Source: Chloroflexota bacterium
GTDB taxonomy: Bacteria; Chloroflexota; UBA11872
DNA: 64,000 nt
Direction of reading: 5' to 3'
Assembly (NCBI GenBank): GCA_026707585.1
Contig: JAPOWQ010000032.1
Coordinates: 7,383-71,382, forward strand
Shown here: positions 29,633 to 37,859 of the stretch, piece after piece
Layout: the number at the start of each line of letters is the position of its first letter
How positions within the stretch are numbered: the stretch's first letter is position 1
The notes under the pieces: generated by a model
The model's input: the letters and a program-made list of their open reading frames with translations, nothing else
What the model was told of the DNA's origin: nothing
Database searches by the model: none
Made by a program: the position numbers and the translations under genes

Positions 29633-30976
29633 TTGAGTGTGGCAGGAGCGCCGGGGAGCGATCCCGGCGCTGACATGGGCGGTGGAGGCCCTGTGGCAAG
29701 CGCGCCGTCCGAAGCTGGTCCCTCGGTAACCCTGCAGCGGCCCTCGATCGTCATCCTGTTGGGCGTGCTGCTGGTGGCCGCGATGGTCACAACATCGCCG
29801 ATCGCGTACTGGCTGCTCTACGCGCTGGGCGGACTGGTCATCCTCTCCTACACCTGGACGCGCAACGCGGCCCGCGCGTTGCAGCTCCGCCGCCGGCTGC
29901 GGGGCCACCAGATCACGGTCGGCGACGAGGTCCAGGAGGACTTCGAACTCATCAATACCGGCCGCCTGCCGATTCTGCTGGTGGAAGTGGACGACCATTC
30001 GGAGCTGCCGGGCTACCAGGCCTCTGTAGCCGAGAGCCTGGGTCCGCGCCAGCGCAAGCGCTGGATTTCGCGGGGCGTCGCCAGTAGGCGCGGCCTCTAC
30101 GGCCTGGGGCCGACCGATCTGCGTATTGGCGACCCGTTTGGAATCTTCGCCTCGGAACGGCGGATCGATACCCGCAATACGATCGTGGTCTATCCGCCGA
30201 TCTCCATCATGGCTGACGTGGAAATCCCGGCCGGGTCGATGGTCGGCACCTCGCGATCGTCGATTCGAACTCACCAGGTCACGTCGGACGCCGGCGGAAT
30301 CCGGGAGTTTCAGCCGGGCGATCCGCTCAAGCGCATTCACTGGCTGTCCAGCGCGCGGCGCTCGCAGCTTCTGGTCAAGGAATTCGATCTCGAGCCGACG
30401 GCCAACCTCTGGATTGCGCTGGACCTGGATCGGGCGGTGCAGGCTGGGCACGGCGACGAGTCCACGGAGGAATACGGCGTCAAGATCGTGTCCTCGCTGG
30501 CGCACCAGTTCGTGCGCGACAACAAGGCGGTGGGGTTCGTAGCCCTGAGCCGGCACGGGCGCTACCTGATCGAGCCGCAAAAGGGTCTCAAGCAGCTTTG
30601 GCGAATCCTGGAAACCCTGGCGGTGGTGCAGGCCACCGGCACCGCGCCGTTTCACGAGTTTTTGACCGCCAGCGCGGCCGGGCTGGGGCGCGGAACCAGC
30701 TTGGTGGCGATCACACCCTCGGCCGACGCGCGCTGGTTGACCAGCCTGACGCAACTGGGACATCGCGCGATCTACCCAATGGCGGTGGCGCTGGACGCCT
30801 CCACGTTCGGGCCGGCGGATTCGAACGCCGGACTCAGCCAGGCCGCAGCCGCTTCGGGCATCGGCTTCGTGAGCGTGGACCGGGGTATGCGCTTTGAGAT
30901 GATCCGGGCCGACGGCCGCAACCTGGCAGAGTTCGAACGCACCCAGCGACGGCCGGTCACGTTGGCCCCGGCATGA
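29633..30976 (+). CDS. DUF58-domain protein (vWA-like) with N-terminal TM segments
   Basis: DUF58 hallmark IREFQPGDPLKRIHWLSSARRSQLLVKEFDLE. Confidence 0.8.
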   Translation: MSVAGAPGSDPGADMGGGGPVASAPSEAGPSVTLQRPSIVILLGVLLVAAMVTTSPIAYWLLYALGGLVILSYTWTRNAARALQLRRRLRGHQITVGDEVQEDFELINTGRLPILLVEVDDHSELPGYQASVAESLGPRQRKRWISRGVASRRGLYGLGPTDLRIGDPFGIFASERRIDTRNTIVVYPPISIMADVEIPAGSMVGTSRSSIRTHQVTSDAGGIREFQPGDPLKRIHWLSSARRSQLLVKEFDLEPTANLWIALDLDRAVQAGHGDESTEEYGVKIVSSLAHQFVRDNKAVGFVALSRHGRYLIEPQKGLKQLWRILETLAVVQATGTAPFHEFLTASAAGLGRGTSLVAITPSADARWLTSLTQLGHRAIYPMAVALDASTFGPADSNAGLSQAAAASGIGFVSVDRGMRFEMIRADGRNLAEFERTQRRPVTLAPA

Positions 30977-30983
30977 GCGCTCC

Positions 30984-33401
30984 ATGACCGCAGCCGTGGC
31001 CAGCCGTCCGCGTCCGCTGGCGCGCGCCCTGCAACTGCCGCGCACCGCCTGGTTGCCTCTGACCCTGATCGCCACCACCACGCTGGCGCCACTGCTCAGC
31101 GTTCACACGGTTGGTTGGGCGCCCGGCACGGAGGTGCTGCTGTCGGTCGCCTTGGTGGCCATCCTCTTTGGGTTCGCGCTGTCGCGCACCCGGCTGTCGT
31201 CGATCTGGATCGTGGCCATCGGCATGGTCAGCGACCTTGTCGTCGCCTACATCGTGGCTTCGGAAGCGTTTCCGGGTCCGCTGGACGCGATCCGGAACTT
31301 CGTGCTGCTCTTTGGCGACACGGTGGAGTGGGTCCAGCTGCGGCAAGCTGGAAACCTGGTGCGTGAACAGCCCCTGGCAGCGGCGGTTGGCGAGAGCACC
31401 GGACTGTTGCAGGACCTGTTCTTCCGCCTGGAGTCGTGGTTCCAGGCCGCGTTTGCTTTCCAGGTCAGCCGCGACAACATTGTGTTTCTCTTCTGGATGA
31501 CCATGGCCGCGTGGGGCATGGGGTTCACCGCGGCCTGGGCGGCGTTTCGTCTTCGCAACGCCTACCTGGCCATCGCCCCCGGCACGCTGGCGATCGCCGT
31601 CAACATCACCTACGTGGGTCCGGACTGGCCACCGTTCGCGGTGTTTCTGATTGCGGCGCTGGCGCTTACGGTGCATACGCGGCTGGCCTGGCTGGAGGCT
31701 CGGTGGGACGACACGCGGACGGACTATTCCGAGGAGCTTGGGCCCACCGTCCTGATCGTGAGCGCCCTGCTGATCACCGCCGTCGTATTCCTGGCGCTGA
31801 TCTTGCCGCGGGCGGCCGGGAACCCCCTGGCCGAGGCCTTCTGGACCTATATGGGGGACGGCTGGGGCAACGTGGAAGCCGGCATCCAGCGCGTGTTCGG
31901 GGGCGTATCGAATCCCTCAGGTTCCACGCTGGCCGGTCGGGAGACGCTAGCGCTAACGGGACCCGAACCGTTTGCGCGCAAGGAGACGCTGATTATCGAA
32001 AGCACGGTGCCCTCGTACTGGCGGGGTCAGACTTTCGACACCTATACCGGCCAGGGATGGCGCAGCACGATGCGGCTGCTGGAAGGACGCCGAGCCAACC
32101 AGCCGATAACCGAGACCCTGAACCTGAAGTCGCGCCTGGCGTCGCGCTCCAACATCGAAATCCTGGATTCGAACTCGGCCATTCTCTTCGCGCCGGGCGA
32201 CGCCCTGCGTCTCAACCGCCCGTACCAGGTACAAGTGGAGGAGCGTGAGGTCGCCATTGAGGACTACGCCTCGATTCGCGCCACGCGCCGGGTGGGTCAG
32301 CGGCTCGTGTATTCCGTGGACTCGACCCTGGCGGCGGCGACGACGCAACAGCTGCGGACGGCGCCCACCGTTTACCCGGCATGGGCGGAGCGTTACATCG
32401 CGCTTCCCGAACTGCCCCCACGGGTTCTTGAATTTGCCGCCCGCCTGGCGGAAACCGGCGAAACAGCGGTGGACCGGGCGCGTGCCGCCGAGTTCTTCAT
32501 GCGGCGTTTTCCCTATGCCCAGGACACGGAGCCCCTGCCGCCTGATCGCGACGCCACCGACTACTTTCTCTTCGACCTTCGCCGAGGACACGCCACGCAG
32601 ATCGCCTCGACCATGGCCGTGCTGGTTCGGGCCATGGGCATCCCGGCTCGGGTGGCCGCCGGCTACGCGCAGGGTGTCTTCGATCCGGTGACCCAGCGCT
32701 TCATCGTGAATCCCGCCGACGCGCACACCTGGGTGGAGGTCTTCTTCCCGACCTACGGATGGGTGCTCTTTGAACCCTCCGGCTTTCGAGCTCCCGAGGT
32801 GCGCGGCGGGGCTACCGAGGGCTTCGAAGGCGAGGGGCTGAATCCGGACGCCGCGGACTTGTCGATGGTCGATGACTTCCTGGACGAACTCGAGGACATG
32901 GACGTGGGCAACTTCCAACCGCTGGATCCATCCCAAGGCACGAACCAGGTTCAAGAGTTCCTGGCCAACCTCGGCGGGGCGGTTCTGGCGCTGATCATGA
33001 TTGGCGTCGCGCTCGCCGGGTTGGGGGCGCTCTATCTGCTGGGGACCCTGGTCCGCGACCTGATCCAGAGTCCGCAGGCCGCGGTGGGGCGCCGTTACGA
33101 GCGAATGGTCCGCTGGGCGGGACGCGCTGGGTACAATACGCGCCGCGGGTTCACGCCGGTCGAACTTGGCCGCCAGCTCGCCGCCGAGCTTTTTCCGGCG
33201 CCCGCCACTGAAGCGCCCACCAATCCTTCCGCCCCGCCCGAAGTAGTTGCGGAAACCTATGTTCGCGCCACCTATGGCCGGCGGCAGATCACACGCTCGG
33301 AGCGACGCATGGTTGACAAGGCTTGGCGGCGGGTGCGCCTGCGGCTGGCCGTACGGATCATCGGGCGGCCCTTGCGTCGCCTCACGCCGTCTCGAGCCTG
33401 A
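30984..33401 (+). CDS. Polytopic membrane transglutaminase-like (TgpA-like) protein; predicted catalytic Cys to Ala and Asp to Glu
   Basis: Six or more N-terminal TM helices. Transglutaminase-core region FLFDLRRGHATQIAS...GIPARVAAGY...DAHTWVEVFFPTYGWVLFEPS, compared with the canonical RRG.C..[FY]AS...H.W.EV...W...DPT. C-terminal TM and charged tail. Confidence 0.8.
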   Translation: MTAAVASRPRPLARALQLPRTAWLPLTLIATTTLAPLLSVHTVGWAPGTEVLLSVALVAILFGFALSRTRLSSIWIVAIGMVSDLVVAYIVASEAFPGPLDAIRNFVLLFGDTVEWVQLRQAGNLVREQPLAAAVGESTGLLQDLFFRLESWFQAAFAFQVSRDNIVFLFWMTMAAWGMGFTAAWAAFRLRNAYLAIAPGTLAIAVNITYVGPDWPPFAVFLIAALALTVHTRLAWLEARWDDTRTDYSEELGPTVLIVSALLITAVVFLALILPRAAGNPLAEAFWTYMGDGWGNVEAGIQRVFGGVSNPSGSTLAGRETLALTGPEPFARKETLIIESTVPSYWRGQTFDTYTGQGWRSTMRLLEGRRANQPITETLNLKSRLASRSNIEILDSNSAILFAPGDALRLNRPYQVQVEEREVAIEDYASIRATRRVGQRLVYSVDSTLAAATTQQLRTAPTVYPAWAERYIALPELPPRVLEFAARLAETGETAVDRARAAEFFMRRFPYAQDTEPLPPDRDATDYFLFDLRRGHATQIASTMAVLVRAMGIPARVAAGYAQGVFDPVTQRFIVNPADAHTWVEVFFPTYGWVLFEPSGFRAPEVRGGATEGFEGEGLNPDAADLSMVDDFLDELEDMDVGNFQPLDPSQGTNQVQEFLANLGGAVLALIMIGVALAGLGALYLLGTLVRDLIQSPQAAVGRRYERMVRWAGRAGYNTRRGFTPVELGRQLAAELFPAPATEAPTNPSAPPEVVAETYVRATYGRRQITRSERRMVDKAWRRVRLRLAVRIIGRPLRRLTPSRA

Positions 33402-33404
33402 GCC

Positions 33405-33689
33405 GTGGACCTGGCAGGCGTTCGCGATATTGCGGTGGTGGTACTCGCGGCGGTGGCGCTCGTGACAACCATCATCATCCTCATTACCGGGATGTTGGTA
33501 TGGCGTCTGCTGGCCGCGATCCGGGCTGATGTCGCGCCGATCGTTCAGTCGGCCCGGGAGACGGTAGATACCGTCCGAGACACCACGGAATTGGTTAGTG
33601 ACGCGGTGAAGGACGGCACGAGTTCAACCTCGGGCGCTCTCCGGAAGTTTCGTCGAGTTCTGCAGATGGCGCTGCGCTGGTGGAACTGA
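33405..33689 (+). CDS. DUF948-like small membrane protein
   Basis: N-terminal TM helix followed by a coiled/charged region. Start 3 nt after the transglutaminase-like gene stop. Confidence 0.45.
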   Translation: MDLAGVRDIAVVVLAAVALVTTIIILITGMLVWRLLAAIRADVAPIVQSARETVDTVRDTTELVSDAVKDGTSSTSGALRKFRRVLQMALRWWN

Positions 33690-33938
33690 GTGGAATCGCA
33701 TATGGCCTGGATCGTCATTGGCGCAGCCGTCGGGTTTTTTGTGGGCGGAGCGATCGGTACGATCGCCGCGCCCCAGCGGGCGCAGAAAATCATGGATACG
33801 TTGCCAGAACGGTTGAGCGCCATCCGCAGCGCGGCGGAGCAGGCGGCCAGGGAGGCTGAAGCGACGGTGCGACGTCGCTCCCAGCGCTCGCGCGGGCGCC
33901 GACGCCGCCGTAGCCGGGGACGCCGCGGTCGGGGCTGA
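33690..33938 (+). CDS. YtxH-like small membrane protein with Arg-rich tail
   Basis: MAWIVIGAAVGFFVGGAIGTIAAP is YtxH-like. Zero-nt gap from the upstream gene. Confidence 0.4.
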   Translation: MESHMAWIVIGAAVGFFVGGAIGTIAAPQRAQKIMDTLPERLSAIRSAAEQAAREAEATVRRRSQRSRGRRRRRSRGRRGRG

Positions 33939-34252
33939 TGGAAGCCGCGCGCGACATTGCGATCATCCTCCTGGTGATCCAGGGACTGATCGTTGGGCTG
34001 GCGGCGTTCGTCGCCGGAGTCCTTGGGTCCATCGCCATCGTGGAAGCCACCGTGAACGTACGGCGAGGTCTGCGGCGAACCGCCGCAAAGCTGGAGCGGA
34101 CAAACAAGCGTGTGGACTCGATTGTCGAGACGCGCGTTCTACCGCCAATCATCCAGTACCACCGCGGACGGGCGGCGGCACGTTCCACGCTGGAGCAGGC
34201 GCGGCGAGCGCTGGACGACCTTAAACGGACGGCTGGCGTCGGCAGACGCTAA
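33938..34252 (+). CDS. DUF948-like small membrane protein (paralogous architecture to the 33405 gene)
   Basis: TGATG stop/start overlap with the upstream gene; N-terminal TM plus a helical region. Confidence 0.45.
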   Translation: MEAARDIAIILLVIQGLIVGLAAFVAGVLGSIAIVEATVNVRRGLRRTAAKLERTNKRVDSIVETRVLPPIIQYHRGRAAARSTLEQARRALDDLKRTAGVGRR

Positions 34253-34826
34253 ACGGCAGGCTGGCCGAGGGCTTCCGCTTCAGGCTCTGGAGTTCGTCGC
34301 GCAATGCCCGGAGCCGACGGTAGCAGCCGACGAGGTCGTCGAACGAGTAGCGCGTGTTCAAACCGCTCGGGCTCGGAACCACGAATACCACTGACGATTC
34401 CAGCGCGCGGGCCTGACGGCCCGGCCCTGGGCGCGCCGGTGCGGGGAGCCCCTCGCCATGTCGGAGGTAGCTGCGATAGCCATCGATGCCCTGAAAGCAG
34501 ACGACACGGGGCTGAAAGCGCCTGATCTTTGCCGTGAGGATCGGCGACCATCGGCGGTAGTCGGCGGCGCGAAGGTCCTTTGCCGCAGAGGTTGGGCGCT
34601 TCACGACGTCGGTAAGGCCGATGCCAAACTCCAGAACCCGGGCGTCGGTCTCGGGCCCTAGGGGCTCGCCGAACAGGCCGGCCTGGTTAGCGGCGTTCCA
34701 GAAGCGGTTGCCGGGCCGGGCGTAGTAGTGGCCAATTCGCGCGGAATACGCCCCGGGGTTGATACCGACAAGCACAATATCGAGTCCGGGCCCAAGGTAA
34801 TCAGGCAGCGTCTTCATGGGCTTCAC
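34221..34826 (-). CDS. mug: G/U mismatch-specific DNA glycosylase (Mug/TDG family)
   Basis: GINPGAYSARIGHYYARPGNRFW motif. Confidence 0.75.
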   Translation of the reverse strand: MKPMKTLPDYLGPGLDIVLVGINPGAYSARIGHYYARPGNRFWNAANQAGLFGEPLGPETDARVLEFGIGLTDVVKRPTSAAKDLRAADYRRWSPILTAKIRRFQPRVVCFQGIDGYRSYLRHGEGLPAPARPGPGRQARALESSVVFVVPSPSGLNTRYSFDDLVGCYRRLRALRDELQSLKRKPSASLPFSVCRRQPSV

Positions 34827-35044
34827 GGTGCTGGCTCATGGCTCGTCGTTCTTTCTGAAGTCGCACGGCGGCTTGGTGACTTGGGTCTGCCGAGGCAGGC
34901 GTAGTCCCCTCGCGCCGGGATTGGTCGGTGAGGGCGGATTCGCACGTGCGCCGGACACGCGGAGATCAAGCATGGCCTCCGCTCATGTTGCAGCCCTGCG
35001 GCACGACGTGAGGCGGCTGGCTAGAATACGGCGGAGCGCCCTCG

Positions 35045-35683
35045 TTGAATCCTGAACACATCCCAACGTACGCCCTCGTGGGCGTGATTGCCTACATGAT
35101 TGGCAGCGTGCCGGCGGCGTTGCTGGCGACGGCGATCCTCAAGCGGTCGGACCTGCGCAACACCGGCTCCGGCAACCTGGGCATCCAGAACACGTTCTTC
35201 CGAGCCGGCAAGCTTCCCGCCGTCATCGCCCTGCTGTGGAACGTGGCCGCGGCCGCCTCGTCGGTGATGCTGGCGCGGGCGCTGGCGCCAGACGAACCCG
35301 CGGTGGAGTTGATCGCGATCACAGCCGTCACCACGGGCAGCATGTGGCAGATTTTTGTGCGGTTCCGCGGCAGCCGCGGCACCACTACCATGGGCTTCGC
35401 GCTGCTGGTGGCCCAGCCCGCGATCTGGGCCGTGTGCCTGGGGGTCTGGCTCCTGGCTCTGCTGCCGCGCCGCCGGACCACCGACGCTACCCCCACGGTT
35501 CACGCGCTGCTGCCCGCCATATTTGCCATGTACGCCCTGTTCGGCAATCCCGACCCGTGGTGGATCTACGCAATCTGGGGCGGCGTGCTTGGCGCGCTCC
35601 TCGAATTGAAGCGCCGAACCAGTCCCGACGACGCCCTGGCGCTCGGCTTGTACCGGCGCTTCGGCGTCAACGTGCACGAGTAG
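35045..35683 (+). CDS. plsY: Glycerol-3-phosphate acyltransferase PlsY (acyl-phosphate dependent)
   Basis: GSGNLG motif and 5 TM segments, ~210 aa. Confidence 0.85.
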   Translation: MNPEHIPTYALVGVIAYMIGSVPAALLATAILKRSDLRNTGSGNLGIQNTFFRAGKLPAVIALLWNVAAAASSVMLARALAPDEPAVELIAITAVTTGSMWQIFVRFRGSRGTTTMGFALLVAQPAIWAVCLGVWLLALLPRRRTTDATPTVHALLPAIFAMYALFGNPDPWWIYAIWGGVLGALLELKRRTSPDDALALGLYRRFGVNVHE

Positions 35684-35701
35684 CCGCACGAGGCCCGCGC
35701 G

Positions 35702-36760
35702 CTGCGCGTCGCGTTCAACGCCTACTTTCGGCGCCTACCGGACACGGGTTCTGGCCAGTACCTGGGTTCACTCGTGCAGGCCCTGAGGGCGGGCTACCCC
35801 GACATCGTGATCAACGAGCACACACCGCCTCGGATTCTGAGTGGCCATGCCGGCAAGGTCGCGTGGGAGCAGGCGCTGTGGCCATGGCGGGCGCGCGGCG
35901 CCCTTGGCCATGCTCCCTACCTTGCACCGCCGCTGCTCGCGCCAGGGACGGTCGTAACCGTCCACGACCTGATCCCGCTGGCGATGCCGGCGTATCGGGC
36001 AGGTCGCGGCCAGGCTCTCTACTTCTGGTTGGTTCGAGCGGGTTTGCGGCGGGCGCGAACCCTGATAGCCGACTCTGAATCGACCCGAAACGATCTCGCG
36101 AGGCTGGCGGGCGTCTCGTCTGGTCGAGTCCACGTCGTGCCGCTGGGTGTCGATGAGCGCTTTCGTCCCGCAGACGCGGCAACCCGTTCCCACGCCCGCC
36201 AGCGGTTGGGGTTGCCGGAACGATTCGGCCTGTTTCTCAGCACGCGTGACCTGCGCAAGAACCTGGGCGTGGTGCTGGCGGCCTGGCCGGAGGTCTGGCG
36301 GACCTGTCGCTTGCCCCTGGTCGTCGCCGGGCGCTCGCCGCGCCAGGCCAGCCGCGTCTACGTCGACTGGTTCGCCGACCTCGATCCCAGCGCCGACGAC
36401 TGGCTGCACGTATACGGTCCCGTGGACGAACGCGACAAGCCTGATCTCTATCGCGCGGCCGATGTTTTCGTCTTCCCCTCCCGCTACGAAGGCTTCGGTC
36501 TGGATCCGCTGGAAGCCATGGCCAGTGGCGTGCCGGTGATCGCCGCCAGGGCGACATCGCTTCCCGAGGTGGTCGGCGATGCCGGTCCGCTCCTGCCTCC
36601 CGACGAGCCGGCCGCTTGGTCCGACGCTATTGCGGCGATGGCCTGCGATTCCGCAGCGGCCACCGAGATGCGCGAGCGCGGCCTCGCGCGCGCGGCGACG
36701 TTTACCTGGGCCCGGACCGCCGAACGCACGCATGCCGTCTACCGCCAGGCGTCGATATGA
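35702..36760 (+). CDS. Family-4 (GT-B) glycosyltransferase; start unresolved
   Basis: C-terminal GT4 motif (FVFPSRYEGFGLDPLEAMASGVPVI). The conserved N-terminal GT4 region (LRVAFNAYFRRLPDTGSGQYLGSL) lies upstream of the first GTG (35774), in frame with plsY and right after its TAG. The only candidate start is CTG 35702. Confidence 0.65.
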   Translation: MRVAFNAYFRRLPDTGSGQYLGSLVQALRAGYPDIVINEHTPPRILSGHAGKVAWEQALWPWRARGALGHAPYLAPPLLAPGTVVTVHDLIPLAMPAYRAGRGQALYFWLVRAGLRRARTLIADSESTRNDLARLAGVSSGRVHVVPLGVDERFRPADAATRSHARQRLGLPERFGLFLSTRDLRKNLGVVLAAWPEVWRTCRLPLVVAGRSPRQASRVYVDWFADLDPSADDWLHVYGPVDERDKPDLYRAADVFVFPSRYEGFGLDPLEAMASGVPVIAARATSLPEVVGDAGPLLPPDEPAAWSDAIAAMACDSAAATEMRERGLARAATFTWARTAERTHAVYRQASI

Positions 36761-37854
36761 GAGTGCTGCTGGCGTCCAAGGCGCTGGTCGTGGGCGCGCA
36801 CCACGACAAGCTGCGGGCGCTTGGCGCCAATCCCGATCTTGACCTGCTGGCCGTGGCGCCCGATCGCTGGATCGAGCAGGGGCGGGCCCAAATGGCCGAA
36901 CGCCCACCCCCGCGCGGATACGAGATTGCCTACACCCCGCTGGCTCTCAATGGGCGCTACCACCTGTTCTGGTTCCGCCGACTGCGCCAGCTCATGCGCC
37001 GCTTCCGCCCCGACGTGCTCCACATCGACGAGGAGCCCTACAACCTGGCCACGGCCATCGCCTGCCGCGATGCCGTGCGCTACGGCGTGCGTCCGGTGTT
37101 CTTTGCCTGGCAGAACCTCTACCGCCGTTATCCGCCGCCGTTTCGTTGGCTTGAGCGCTACGTATTGGAGCGCGCGGAGGGCATTGTTGGCAGCGAAGCT
37201 GCGAGCGACGTGCTCCGCCGGAAGGGGCATGCGCGGCGCATCGCGGTTATCCCGCAGTTCGGCGTGGATCCCCTGGTCTTTGCGCCGCGCCCGCAGCTGC
37301 GTGAGCCCGGGCGATTCGTCGTGGGCTACGCCGGACGTCTGATTGCGGCCAAGGGCGTGGACATCCTGATCCGTGCGGCCGGATCGATCGGTGATGACGT
37401 GACGCTGCGCCTGGCCGGAATCGGCCCTGCCGAGCCCGACCTGCGGCGCATGTCCGCCGCCATGCCGGGCGTCATGTTTGAGGGGGCGATCCCCAGCGCT
37501 GACATGCCGACCTTCTTCAACGGGTTGGACGCGTTTGTATTGCCCACGGTCGGGCGGCGTGGATGGACCGAGCAGTTTGGCCGCGCCGCCGTGGAAGCCA
37601 TGGCCTGCGGCGTGCCGACGGTTGTGGCAAACACCGGCGAGCTTCCCCAGGTCGTGGACAAAGCCGGTGTTGTCGTACCGACGGGTGACACGCACGCCCT
37701 GGCCGAGGCGTTGAAGCAGCTACGCGACGACCCGGAGCGCTGTGAGCGTTTGGCCCTGGCGGGCCGGGCACACGTACTGGAGCGTTACACGACCGAGGCC
37801 GTGGCCGACGCTACAGCCGCCTTCTACCGGTTGATCGCCAACGACCAGGGCTAG
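36757..37854 (+). CDS. Family-4 glycosyltransferase (second copy)
   Basis: MRVLLAS N-terminus and GT4 C-terminal motifs. ATGA overlap with the upstream GT4. Confidence 0.8.
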   Translation: MRVLLASKALVVGAHHDKLRALGANPDLDLLAVAPDRWIEQGRAQMAERPPPRGYEIAYTPLALNGRYHLFWFRRLRQLMRRFRPDVLHIDEEPYNLATAIACRDAVRYGVRPVFFAWQNLYRRYPPPFRWLERYVLERAEGIVGSEAASDVLRRKGHARRIAVIPQFGVDPLVFAPRPQLREPGRFVVGYAGRLIAAKGVDILIRAAGSIGDDVTLRLAGIGPAEPDLRRMSAAMPGVMFEGAIPSADMPTFFNGLDAFVLPTVGRRGWTEQFGRAAVEAMACGVPTVVANTGELPQVVDKAGVVVPTGDTHALAEALKQLRDDPERCERLALAGRAHVLERYTTEAVADATAAFYRLIANDQG

Positions 37855-37859
37855 CTGGC

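Noticed and set aside
29600-31081. 493-aa minus-strand ORF
   Set aside because: It is antisense to the DUF58 gene, which carries a clear family motif.
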